Position numbers and translations under genes: made by a program
Source of the DNA: Octopus vulgaris
Lineage: Eukaryota
NCBI GenBank assembly: GCA_951406725.2
Contig: OX597828.1
Coordinates: 58,590,001 to 58,654,000 of the forward strand
Direction: 5' to 3'
DNA length: 64,000 bases
Notes under the pieces: generated by a model
The model's database searches: none
Told to the model about the DNA's origin: nothing
Seen by the model: only the letters and a program-made list of their open reading frames with translations
In this document: piece by piece, positions 1-13,700 of the stretch
Position numbering within the stretch: position 1 is the first letter of the stretch
How the letters are laid out: the number at the start of each line of letters is the position of its first letter

Positions 1-821
1 ACAGCAGGTAACTGTCATTTAAATTTTGCTTAGAAACAATCATTCTGTCATTCTTACTTTTAGAGAAAGAACTACACAACTGTATTCCAAGCCTTTCATT
101 CACTCCACAACTCTTTAAGAAAATAGGAATGTTACACACACGCGCGCACTTCTGTATACTTTCATCTTCCAACCCATGCTAGCATGGAAAGCGGACGTTA
201 AACGATGATGATGATGTTATCATCATCATTTAACAGCCTTTTTCCATGCTGGTATGGGTTGGACGGCTTGATAGGAACTGGTAAAACCAGGAGCCACACC
301 AGGTTAAACAGTCCACTTTGGCTTGGTTTCTACAGCTGGATGCCCTTCCTAACACCAACCGCTCCACCACAGAATGTGCCGGGTGCTTTTCATGTGGCAC
401 CATTACCAGTGCTTTTACATAAGACCATCACCCACACCAATGCCCTTTATGTGGCACCTTGGTTTTAGGATCTCAATTCTGCTGTGGTGGGCGGCTCTTC
501 TCAAGTACAGCATTGAGCCCCATATCTCGGTCTTCTGCAGTTAGCCTCTAACTTTTATCATTTGTAAATTTATGAGAGTGGGCTGTTTATTAATTTTAGA
601 ATTAATTAGGGCCATGTATATCATGGTTTTCAGAATAAGTACACTGCAATTTTGCAGATTATAAGAAAGAATGAAAAAGGATGGCGTCAGAAAGGAGATC
701 CAGCTATAAACCAAGGCTACAAAATGTCCAACTGATTCCAGCAGGGAAAAGTGAACGTAAAAACAATGACAAATCAATATTTCTTATGGTTAATCATGAA
801 AAAGAAAAGAAACTTGTAGTA

Positions 822-984
822 GGCGCAGGAGTGGCTGTGTGGTAAGTAGCTTGCTTACGAATCACATGGTTCCGGGTTCATTACCACTGCGTGGCACCTT
901 GGGCAAGTGTCTTCTACTATAGCCTCGGGCTGACCAAAGCCTTGTGAGTGGATTTGGTAGACGGAAACTGAAAGAAGCCTGTCG

Positions 985-1015
<31 letters not shown>

Positions 1016-1168
1016 TTATGTCCTCGTAACTTAGTGGTTCGGCAAAAGAGACCGATAGAATAAGTACTAGGCTTACAAAGAATAAGTCCTGGGTTCGATT
1101 TGCTCGACTAAAAGTGGTGCTCCAGCATGGCCACAGTCAAATGACCGAAACAAGTAAAAGAGTAAAAA
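822..1168 (+). mobile_element. tRNA-derived CORE-type SINE (octopus OR/OK-like), representative copy
   Basis: A box TGGCTGTGTGG, B-box-like GGTTCA.T.CC, CCTTGGGCAAGT core, internal (TG)n, tail CAAGTAAAAGAGT. Other copies at 25135-25512(-), 30775-31150(+), 34236-34395(+), 61726-62110(+), 62478-62760(-), 12905-13070(-) and 17085-17240(-). Confidence 0.85.
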
Positions 1169-1196
1169 AAAGAAAAAAAAAAAAGAGTACACTTAC

Positions 1197-1263
1197 AATA
1201 AATTCTTCTTTTCGTAGATCATTGAATGGGATAACCGATTCCTTGTTGTAACGAATGCCAAAC
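1197..1263 (-). CDS. PWWP gene exon 8 (EFGIRYNKESVIPFNDLRKEEFI)
   Basis: catctccctcag acceptor, gtaagt donor, 67 nt, phase 2 to 0. No further exon was recognised inside the window. Confidence 0.85.
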
Positions 1264-1603
1264 CTGAGGGAGATGGAAAATGATATTCACAAAACCTTTC
1301 AACATAAAGCATGAAGATACAATTGATGGGGTGAGGTGGGAGCTGGGGCTAGGTGCAGTCCTACTGTATGGCACTGAGGCAAGTGTCTTCTACTTACAGC
1401 CCTAGGCTGACCAGATCTGGTGAGTAAATTTTGTGGACAGAACCTCTCTCTCTCTCTCTCACACACATAAATATCAAACAATGAGAATGAATGCTTAACA
1501 ATGCATTAGTGGATTAGGATTTTTGAGTGTTACGGCTACCATTGGTTTCATGTTAAGGAATACCTCAACAATTATGAAGCCTATCATATGGAAACATTAT
1601 ACA

Positions 1604-1640
<37 letters not shown>

Positions 1641-4600
1641 GTAAATAATGTATATGTAATATATATATATAAAAATACAAAATGGGACAAGAACGCAAAA
1701 CATTCAAATAGACGATACAAAAAAAAAGGACGGGTCATTCGAAGCCTCTAATCTTCAGTCAAGAACCGGATCATCCTCGCAATAAATAATGTATATGTAA
1801 TATATATAAATATAATACGAGGGAACTAGGCTACTGGAGTTCTGTGATGCATGTAACCTTTTAATCTGCAACACTAATTTCAGGAAACCAACATACACAC
1901 ACATATATATATATATATTAGTACCAGAGCTCTTGTCTTCTCCATCTACAATAAGAACCCTGAACTGTAAAAGCTTGGGTTTGAAGGGTCCATGACTAGT
2001 AAACATCCTGGCAAACAGCCCCCGAAATTTGAAGGGGTGTAGATGTGCAGGTCTTGAAAGAACATCTGGACAAATTTTTATCTGAGATACCAGATGAACC
2101 CACATCACAGCTCTCTTCAACTCACTAATCCATCAGAAAGAATATATTTAACATCTGTTTGCCATGGGTTGGACAGTTTGACAGGATCTGACAAGCCACA
2201 AGTTCCAGTCTCAGCTTTACATCTTAGAAAAAAGCAGAAGTGTTTCTTTTAACTGACCAGAGACATTTGTGTTGCTGATAGTAGTGAATACATTTAATAC
2301 AAACTATACTTACTCCAGTGATTCCTTTGAGAGAATTTCACCAAAAAAACGGATGCCAAGTCGGTAAATGTGTTGTTTCTTTTTATATACTTTACTTATC
2401 TGAAGAAGAAAGATTTTTACACCAATAGATTCATACACTGAAGCAAGATTTTTAGATTTAAAACAATCAAATGGACATAAACCTGGTTACACACAGCCAT
2501 ACACTCACACATGTATGTGTGTGTGTGCATGCGTGTGTATATATATATATAATCAGCAAAATGTGTGTGTGTGTGTATCCTTTAAAAAATCCACAATTTT
2601 TCAGTTAGAGGGCTCACACTTTCTAAGGTCATTCAAAACCGTCCAAGGGTGGTTGTGCACATCTTTACATTTCCCCAGTCACCCCGCAAAGCCATTAAAA
2701 AATCAATAGAAGTGAATTTTTTATCCAAAACCCAATCAAAATGCCCAAAACTTGATACGCCAATTGAATGCTGGGTCATAGTGCTAGTATATATATAAAA
2801 TCTCTAATCAGTTCATTGACTTTTAAGATAATCAAGTTAATTCACTTTTGATGATTAAACAGAGGAGACATCTTCGATTCTCAGTAAAGATCTCAATACA
2901 GGTTGTTGATATTAATTTCAAGGATAAATGCAAAATCACAGTATGTAAAAAATAGTATAAGTGTCTGTGTGTGAATATAGATATCATCATCATCATTTAA
3001 CATCCGCCTTCCATACTGGCATAACAAATTTTGAATCAATTCAAATATGTTTGAGACATAATTGGTATATAAAGAGATATTATCACAGTAGTTTGCCACG
3101 GAGAAAAATTTTTGCTTTTTATATGTTAAAAGATGTTAAAAACACTAAAGTGAGTTGAAAGCATCCCCTATAGATTTGTAGAAGCGTGTCAAACTCCCCA
3201 CCTCTCTTCAGCACCAGATACTAAGCAAAGCAACTCTAAACTGACCGAAAGGTTTAACTTGCTTGTCAGAAACCAGTAAGTACTGATCAGTTGTGTTGGC
3301 CACTACCAGGTCAGAACAAAACATGGGTGCTGCAGAAAGCAGTGATATAAAATAAACAAACTTTAGAATGGTTCACATCATAATGAAAATGCGTCTACAG
3401 GTCAAATATGTTCCAAGCATATCCGATATGGTCTTAAGCTTATTTTACAGCACTGCTTTATGCACCAGCCATATATGTATGCGTGTGCCATGCTACTCCC
3501 ACTAAATAAAGAGGATTGGCCTGCAAGGGCCCTGTGCCAGTGCCATGCAAAAAGTACTTGTGCTGGCACCATGTTAGAAGCACCCAGTACATACTGTAAA
3601 GAGGTTGGTGTTAGGAAGGGCATCCGGTCGTAGAAACACAATCATGAGTGCAACACCCTAACCACTAAACCATGTGCTCCATGCACACACATCAGGCTGT
3701 ACATGCTTTCCCACAAGGTGCACTTCTATAATTTTACACAAGAAAGTATCAGCCTACTCACATGAGTTTTTCTATGCTAGCACTCCACAATCCTGTATAT
3801 AAGATTTCATGAAACTGTGTGACTGCATTACATAAACAAATACACACACACACTATGTCAGTGAGATATACTGATGTAGTGTGTCAATAAGTGGTTAGCA
3901 ATGCATGTGTGTGTGTTCTTGCCAGAAGAGTAGCAAAATTCAAGTGCTCAATCCATTGGGCTATCTTATCCTCATCATTGTGAGATGGAATTTATTGAGG
4001 TACATTCTCTCCAATCTGATGCCCTTCCTGTCACCAACCTTCACCTGTTCCTAAGCAAGGAAAATATTTCCCTAGGGAAACGTTTTCCATGGAAAACTGG
4101 AAATGAACAACATCACTCATGTGACGATGTTCGCTTCTGACCATCACATGATTTCAAGACAAAAGGTACAAACAAAAACACGTATACATAGATATATGCA
4201 TTTCTGTCAACTAAATCCACTTACAAGGGTTTGGTGAAACCAGGGCTATAGCAGGAGACAATTGCCCAAGGTGCCATATACTCATCATCATCATCATCAT
4301 CGTCGTTTAACGTTCGTTCTCCATGCTAGCATGGGTTGGACGGTTCGACCGGGGATCTGGGAAGCCAGAAGGCTGCACCAGGCTCCAGTCTTATCTGGCA
4401 GTGTTTCTACAGCTGGATGCCCTTCCTAACGCCAACCACTCCGTGAGTGTAGTGGGTGCTTTTTACGTGCCACCTGCACAGGTGCCAGGCGAGGCTGGCA
4501 ACGGCCATGATCGGATTGGTGCATTTTACGTGCCACTGGCACGGAAGCCAGTCAAGGCGGCGCTGGCATCGGCCACGATTCGGATGGTGCCTTTTACGTG

Positions 4601-7600
4601 CCACTGCCACGGAAGCCAGTCAACGAGGCGCTGGCATCGGCCACGTTTACACATAAATACAATATGAATATTACCAATACTGTATGAGAGGAAGCTGTAG
4701 CAAATATCTCAGATTACAATATAAGAGAAAGTGGAGTACCTACCAAGGCAGGCCAGAAAGGATATTTGTTGAATTTAACCCATACTGCATCATTTTCCAC
4801 AACAGGCGAGTCTGAAACATGAAAAGAAAAATGTATTTAGTCCAACCCATGCCAACATGGAAAACGGATGTTAGGTGATGAAGATGATTTGAATTAATTA
4901 TCTATAACGAATATATTGCTGGTGCCATGTAAAAGCATCCATGCTAGTGCAACGTATAAAGTAGTCATGCCTGTGCCATGTAAAAAGCACCCAGTACAAT
5001 CTATAAAGTGGTTGGTGTTAGGAAGGGCATCCAAAAACAGACAATTGGAACGCAAGCAGCTCCTGTGAAATTGTCCAATCGATGCCAGCATGGAAAACAG
5101 ACATTAAAATGATGATGATGCAATATGTTTTCATGAGAGAGAATCTTCAAGATGACCTAATGATAAAATAGCCATTAACGCAAACAAGACAAAAACTTAA
5201 TTAAAACATGTAACCTATAAATTAACAGATAAATCAATAACAACTAATTAATAAGACAATAGGTAAGTTAAAAGGTCAACTCAGAGCAATAGCAGAAGGC
5301 ACTTGCTTAAGGTACTGTGCAGTGGGACTGAACCTGAAACCACATGGTTGCAATGCAAACCTTTCAACCATACAGCCAATTGCTGTTAAGTCAAGACTGT
5401 CACCAAAACCACTCAACACACATTAAATCATTGCAGTAAATTTGGTTGATGTGAAGTAACCATAGTTACTCTCTTAGACTTGGGCCCTTGTGTCTAATCT
5501 TACTCTACACCTGGATTCCTGAGCAAAAAAAATAAACAGTTGCATATGACAGCTGAAGGATAAGAATTGCAAGGCAAACGAATGGACAGAATCGGTTGCA
5601 TCTTCTTTGCCCACTTGACTGGGAATCCAGAGATGACGTTTCACCTATTCCTGCTATAGCAGGAATACAGTATGACATGCTTAATATTATTCAGTTATTT
5701 AAACACAATTTATAGTATATTTCACTACTCAATCACAAGTAGCAATAATAAGAGAAATCAGAACGCCTTTTACACATGCCAGTGGCATGTGTAAAAGATT
5801 CGAGCGTGGTCGTTGCCAGTACCACCTGACTGGCCCCGTGCCGGTGGCACGTAAAAGCACCCACTACACTCTCGGAGTGGTTGGCGTTAGGAAGGGCATC
5901 CAGCTGTAGAAACTCTGCCAGATCAAGATTGAAGCCTGGTGCAGCCATCTGGTTTGCCAGCCCTCAGTCAAAATCGTCCAACCCATGCTAGCATGGAAAG
6001 TGGACGTTAAACTATCATGATGATGATGATCTCAACATTAAAAATATCATGAGTTTTGTAAATTAAGTGCTGAAACTGGGAGAAACTAAGACCAGAATTT
6101 GTATCTTAACAACAAATTACAATTCTAAATACATAAGTTTATCAATTCAATAAACTATATATGGAAAGATATTCACCAGCTTTTGAAGAAGTGATAGTGT
6201 CGCACATCTCATCATCAGTACCAAAGGAGCTTTCATCAGATGAACCAGATTTGTTCTCAAGGTTGGAATCTGAATTTTTCCTGTTGAAAAGTTTAAATAA
6301 AATAACAAGATTATATATATATATATATATATATATAGGGAGAGTTTACGAAAAAAACAAAAGATGAAGACAGATGGTGTACAAAACAAACAGATGTATT
6401 AGTATAATGCTCAGGAATAGAAAAAGTCTTTTACGTTTCAAGCCTATGCTCTTCAACAGAAAGGGACACAGAAAAAAACAAGGAGAGAAAAAAAATTTTT
6501 TTTTATAATTATGAGTATAATTATAATTAGGGTTCAGCAAAATTTGCTTCACCACATACCGAAATTTAGAAATAGCAGTTAAAACTAACTATTTCTCTAC
6601 CATAAGAAAATCTCCCAGACAACATTACTCAACAGGTAAAGAGAAAAAAATAATGAATCCACCTGGCTTTGATTAACTGTATACGCTTTTCGGAGTTAGA
6701 TACTTTTTACATCTATCTAACTCCGAAACGCATATTCAGTTAATCAAAGCCAGGTAGATTCGTTATTTTTTTCTCTTTACCTGCGTGGGTTGTTGAGTAA
6801 TGTTGTTTGGGAGATTTTCTTATGGTAGAGAAATAGTTAGTTTTAACTGCTATTTCTAAATTTCAGTATGTGGTGAAGCAAATTTTGCTGAACCCTAATT
6901 ATAAAAAAAAATTTGTTTAAGTTTACTGATAATGGTTCTTTTAACATACCGAACTACTTGGTAAAATTATTAATTATTAATTAATTAATTTTACCCATTA
7001 TTATTATATATATATTATATAAAATGATTTGAACATTTATTCTCAATATATTTCAGCAGATGTTGACACAAAATATGTTAATTGCAGTTTTATGTAGGTC
7101 ATAAGAGAACATCTACCTTATATGACGACAATGTGCTCATAACATTTTTGGCTCATTTATGCAAAAGTTTCTGGAGCACCAATGTTACCATAAGTGCCTC
7201 AGCAAGAAACACCCAGTCCTTTGAGCTTTTAAATAAGCCACTGGGCTTTGTTTATAATTTCAACAAACAAACAATTTGCTGATTAGTGCTTATATCTACT
7301 AACCAATGAAATAATCATTATTTGCACTATATATATTATTTGATAAACACGTGTTTTTATGTGTTACTATTAGTTTCATGTGATGTGAACATGCCAGACA
7401 GTATTTTTTAATAATTGAAGGGGAAATATTTCTAATTTCCCCACCCCACCCTTTTGTGTCGTTCTATTTTTTTTTTCTGGACCTTTTATATCTATTTCTT
7501 TCTCACATCATATTGTCCAATTTTTAGTTTGTTATGCCACGTGTGCAGTGTCTGAAGATTGTGCAGAGACACCAGACAAGCTAAAAAATACTGTCTGGCA

Positions 7601-7713
7601 TGCTTTCATTACATGAAACTAATAGTAGCACATATACTGTGTTTATTAAATAATATTTATCTCTCACCAGATGGGGTACTTTATTTGTTGATCTTACCAC
7701 CACGGAATAGTAC

Positions 7714-7779
<66 letters not shown>

Positions 7780-10700
7780 GGAGGGCAAAGACATATTAAA
7801 AATACTTGATTATGAATATACATATACAACAGATGAATGGGTAAGTAATTGTATTTTACTACAGGCACCGAACTTTGTCAAGAGCAAGGCATTAACCACA
7901 CTAATAACAACAACAACAAGAGCACTCAGAGAGTGCAAACCTCCACCAAGGCAACACCAATGTCGTCTCAACAATTAGCCGAAGATGATTTTTAAAATGA
8001 GAATATCTGAAATAAACTCAACACCTCTCACAAACAAGAATAGTAAAAATGAACCCGACCGCTCTCAGTGGAAGTCATGGAATGTGAAAGTGACTGTAGA
8101 CAAATTAGTAACAGTAATAAATAGTTTATCCTTATATAATAGAAGCCAAACTTAACAAATTCACCATCCAAAATAGTTTCAAAGGCGGAGGTAATAAGTT
8201 CTACTCAGGAAATTTTAAATGAATAGCATGAGACCTTTTGGCTTTCTCTTCTCTTAAATTCCAATCTTCCTTTAGTATTCCTGTTGTTTTAGATCAATGT
8301 ATAGATGTAAGTATACTGTAAAGTGTTAATATGTATGTGTAATATATATGTACATTATAAAAATATGTTAGTGTTATTGAATTTCTGAATGGTTTTGCTG
8401 CCGTCTCTTTCGGTAGTTTGATTTCTTTATCCATCAATTTCTACTGAGAGATGCAAATAAAATTAATAATAGAGAAACGAAGATAAGACATTGGAAAGAG
8501 CAAAAAGGGAGATAATTGAGAAAGAGTTGAAAGTGAATGTAAACATAGCAATCCAGAATCCTTGTCCAGTACCGGATCAATCCGGAAATCTAATCAGTTT
8601 GTGCCAGTCACGAGGCCAAACATCCGAATCCATCCAGCATCTTGTCCATGGACAAACAAACACAACTGCAAACAATACCTCTGCCTTAGCGAAGGCAGAG
8701 GTAATAATAATCCTTTCTACTATAAGAACAAGGCCTGAAATTTGGAAGGAAGGGGGCTAGTTGATTACATTGACCCCAGTGCATAACTGCTACTTATTTC
8801 ATTGACCCTGAAAGGATGAAAGGAAAGTTGACCATGGCAGAATTTGAACTGAGAACAAGGATGGACAAAATGAACAATAATCCTTTCTACTAAAGGCACA
8901 AGGCCTGAAATTTTGCAAGAGGGAACCAGTTGATTACATTGACCCCAGTGTTTCACTAGTATTTAATTTATTGAACCTGAAAGGATGAAAGGCAAAGTCA
9001 ACCTCGATGGAATTTGAACTCAGAACATACTGACAAGCGAAATATCACCAAGCATTTCATCCAGTGTGCTAATGGTTTCAAATTTAGCCACAAGGGCAGC
9101 AATTTTGGGGGAGGGGGATGAGTTGATTGCATGGCCCCAGTGTTCAACTGGTAATTATTTTATTGACCCCGAATGGATGAAAGACAAAGTTGACCACAGC
9201 AGAATTTGAACTCACAATGTGGCAACGGGTGAAACACTGCTAAGTATTTCGTCCAGCGCACTAACGCTTCTGTCAGCTCGCCAGCTTAATAATAATAATA
9301 AAGATAATGGTGTCTTTGAACAATGTATTCTATTACACCATTCAATCAATAAAACAAAATCAATGATGATTAATCTTCAGAAAACAAGCAACAGCTGGTG
9401 TACTATTTCATTAGTCTCTAGTCAGTTATTAACATTCATACAACAGGGTAATCATTTCTTATTTCATTCATTCAATCGTCATCTACACCATCTTTCATAC
9501 AATGTTTTTGATAGAGACAAATATATTTCTAGCTACAAGTGAAGTATCAGTGAACCTGAATACACAGAACCATTTTCACATAATTTTACATGGCAACCTG
9601 ATCAATACAACAATAAAAGACTCAAAGATGTCAAATTCCAGCATTACTTTTCAGAATAAAGAAGTTTCTTCCTTGTTGTTGTTTCCTCTTCCTTCTCATC
9701 TTTCTCTCCATTGGATCTTTTCTCACCACTGGAGTGAGGTCTTCTAGTTGGCCGTTCTAGTTTATTTTCTGAAGGAGTGCTAGTATCATAACTTGACTTC
9801 ATCTGGAACTCTTTTCTTTTCTCTGTGTTGCCAATAGACAATACACCATTTCTTTGATCCTTCGATGACTTCAGTTTGGTATAAGTCTTTGGTTGTGTAA
9901 AAGAACTAATACTGCGTTTGGAGTTTTCATTTTCTCCCGCGGAAGAGGAGTTATCTTTTTTTTTCTGAAGTGACCGGTATGAAAAGCTGGGTTTATGTGC
10001 TGGCTGTCGGATGGGTTCATCATGGAACATATAGCAACTACCTCTGTCGTGAGCTGTGGTAGGTAAGGCCTTCTGAGGTGGAGGTGAGGCTGGTTTCCGG
10101 GCATAACAAGGAACACGACTGGTGACTTCTGGTGTGCTCAAGCGACGTGGGGCCTTGTAGTGTTGGCTTCTCAGATATGCATCATTCTCAACCATTCGAC
10201 GCTTACGGCTGTCAGCATTTGCCACAAAAGATTCAGGCAGACTAGGACAACGGAGTACATTTTCTTCAGGTTTATAGTGAATTAACATCAAATTTAGCCG
10301 ACAAGTAGAAAAGTTACACTGGCTACAGGTATACTTCAAATGGTCACTGGTCTCATTTGTGTAACTAGTAATAGTGCTGCTGGCACCAGATGTAGCCGGA
10401 GGACTGTCAGAAAGTAAATCTGCTTGGTTGTGTGAACTACCAGCAACAGATGACTTACTGTTCAAGGAACTATTAAATATAGAGTCATTTGGATTCTTAA
10501 CCGATGAGCTTTTTTTGTGTGTAACATCAGTGTTGTCCTTGGCAGCTTTTTGAGCACATTTTAGAGCCATCAGGAATCTTTGACTCAAATCATTTGGCAG
10601 ATTTTCACCTGGAAAGAAAAATAAAATACAAAGAATTATAATAGATAAAGCCAAAAAAAACATGATACACAATATAAACAGGGGAAAAAAATATTTTATT

Positions 10701-13700
10701 TTTCCCTTTTATTAATGATGTAAACTGCAAGTAAACTGGAGAAGCAAGGAATTGATCATGTGTCACCTGTCACTTCTCCTGCAGTGATCCAGACCATCTG
10801 ACAGAAATATCAGATGGTGTAGTTCGCCATTGTAAAATCAATGAATATTTTGTTGCAACACAAATTTCAATTTCTCTTGCGAAGAAAGCTATGAACACTA
10901 TCAACAGGCTGTCAATAAGTCTACACCCTGTTTCTACTAGGATATAGATTTATCTCTCATATGCCTAAAATTACGAGAAACCAAAGTTGAGTATGAGGTT
11001 TGTGAATCCTTATTGCTTGAAAAAAAAAAAAAGACAATTTAATGGTTGAGCTGTAAGCCTATGTCAGTTTTATGATGTCTGGTTATTTCAATAATGTATT
11101 ACAAGGAAGGATGGTTATAGACCAGTGATCCCTAATATGGGGTATACACCCTACTGGTGGAACCTGGGAAAACTGGGGTTGGGTATGGGATCCAAAATTT
11201 CTTTTTTCTTTTAAGTGGGACATGGAATTGTGAAAATCTTTTTTTCACAGCAGACGCACTACACCTATACTCAGCCTAGCCAAACCAATTGCTCCAGTCA
11301 AGCATACAGTGTGAAGACTGTTTGCTACAGTATATTGCTATATTAATGCCCAGGTGTGGATATTTCTTTAGAAGAAAGTATATAATCATAAAATATTAAA
11401 GATAAAGTTTTTCTCTTTTTTCTAACCACTGGTGGGGCATACATTTTTTTGGGGAAAGTTATGGTGGGGGGGATAGGTTGGGAAACATTACTGCAGACGT
11501 AAAGTCTTACCTTTCTTTATGTAGTTCTTCTTGTGTTCTGTATTAAATGGCAAGATATTAGATTCGGAACGAATAATATCACTGGAATAAAAAGTAAATA
11601 AATAGTAACTTTTACACGCCAGTCACATAACAGTTTCAAATTTTGGTACAAGGCTAGCAATTTTGAGGAGAGGGGGAAGTCAGTTACATTGACCCCCAGT
11701 ACTCAACAGGTACTTTATTATAGAGTCCAAGAAAGTGAAAGGCAAAGTCATCCTCAGCAGAATTTAACCTCAGAAAGTAATAAGCCAGAAGCTTCCTGCT
11801 CCACTTAGTCCATTCTGTCCTTCTATGTGTATCCTTATCTGTGTGTGTATTGGAATTACAGAACCAAAAGTTCAACCAAGCCAGTCCAATTTTAACAAAT
11901 AAAAGAGAAGAACTGCATTTTCTAGCATACAAATTGATGTAATACATGGTGTAAACATTGAAACACCATAAGTATCCCTCCAAATACTGCTGTATTTCAC
12001 ATGGAATATTAGGTTCTCAAAAGTAGTCTTGGTGTAAAAGTCAACTTTTGTCTTTGACTGTAAATTTTGGATTTAAAAAATTTGGCTTGTATACCACAAG
12101 ATTTGGTAGAAGCTATTTTTGCTGAAAATATACTAAACTAAAAACTAATCAAATACTTACTAAGCATCTTCACAAGGAAAAGTGATGTAAGCTATAGGAT
12201 TTTTCTTCCCATGATTAACAATTTTACAGTCTTCCTGGGCTACAACCTGTTAAAATAAAAACAGTTTACAGGTCATGTATCAAAACAGATAAATAAAATA
12301 AAATAAAATACAAACTTTGTAACTATTAACTTTATGCCTATGTGTATCTGAGTATGATCATCATCGTTAAACGTCCGTTTTCCATGCCAGCATGGGTTGG
12401 ACGATTTTGACTGAGGGCTGTCGAACCAGTTGGCTGCACCAGGTTCCAATCTTGATTTGGCAGAGTTTCTACAGCTGGAGGCCCTTCCTAACGCCAACCA
12501 CTCCTTTTTACATGCCACTGGCACGGGGATCAGTCAGGCAATACTGGCAACGACCTCGCTGACCCAGGCAAAGCATAGGAAAGTGAAATTAAAATGATAA
12601 TAATATTCATTCATGTTCACTTTCCCATGCTTGCATGGGTTGGGCTTCGAGGCAGGTTGTTTTCTACAGCTAGATGCCATTCTTCCAGTCACCAACTCTC
12701 ACCTGTTTTCCAAGCAAGTTAATACATCCTCACGGTCATATAGGTTCTTGCAGAATATTGGAAATCAATGACAATGCCTGCATGACAGGGACAATCCTTT
12801 ACATCTATTGCATGATGTCAAGACAAGGAAGGACAAACACACACAGATATATACGTGTGTGTGTGTGTGTGTGTGTATGCGTGTGTGTGGGCACACACAC
12901 ACACATACATACATAATGGGTTTCTTTCAGTTTCCATTTAACAAATCTACTCACAAAATTTTGGTTGGCATGAAGGTATAGCAGAAGACATTTGCCTAAG
13001 GTACCAAGTAGTGGGACTGAACCCAAAATAATGTGATTAGGAAGCAAACTTCCACCCACACAGCCACGTCTACTAACACACACATTTATATATATTATAC
13101 ATACATACATATATGTTAGCTGGTGTACCTGGTAATTCCTGGGGGTAAAGATGTTCTATTGAAACACCTTATTACTCTGATATAAGAAAGCAATTTCGTT
13201 AGGTGTATTTTCCGTCACAAAAAAGTACAAAAAACTGTCAGCTGGAGGAGGGAGAGATTGTTGGAGGTTGGCGAGAAAGATTGTCGGAGGTTGGTGGGAG
13301 GCAAAGACATTATTCTGCTTGGCGAAAGCATCTGGGAAATGCATAACTGCTGTCATTCACAGAAAAACTATTGTTTTACCCTGAGAAAAGCACTGTTGAA
13401 ATGTTAAGTGAAATTTGACAATTGAGGATCGAATCCACTACAAATACGTTGTGGAATAAATAATTTATCTACTGTCATGGAAAAAGTGTAACTGTAAAAA
13501 TGCAGAATTATCGGAGTAATGGGCACTCAAAAAAGTATGAATGTATAAAAATGTATGAATGAAGTCTTTAAGGTTTAAGATTCAAATGAAGGAAGTGCAA
13601 TAATAATGTTTAGCTCACCACCTTCATATTGTTGTAAATTACAACAACAACTCTTAACATTGAGTGATATTTTCAGGTTATGTATGTCTCCCTAAATTCA

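Noticed and set aside
5500-5645. Possible extra PWWP-gene exon (GETSSLDSQSSGQRR...)
   Set aside because: Weak acceptor, no convincing donor, and exons 5 and 6 already join in phase.
6161-6367. Plus-strand ORF MERYSPAF...
   Set aside because: Antisense shadow of minus-strand exon 5 running into (TA)n.
10609-10672. Hydrophobic signal-peptide-like N-terminus of ORF 9644..10672
   Set aside because: It is the translated polypyrimidine tract of the intron; the exon starts at 10608.
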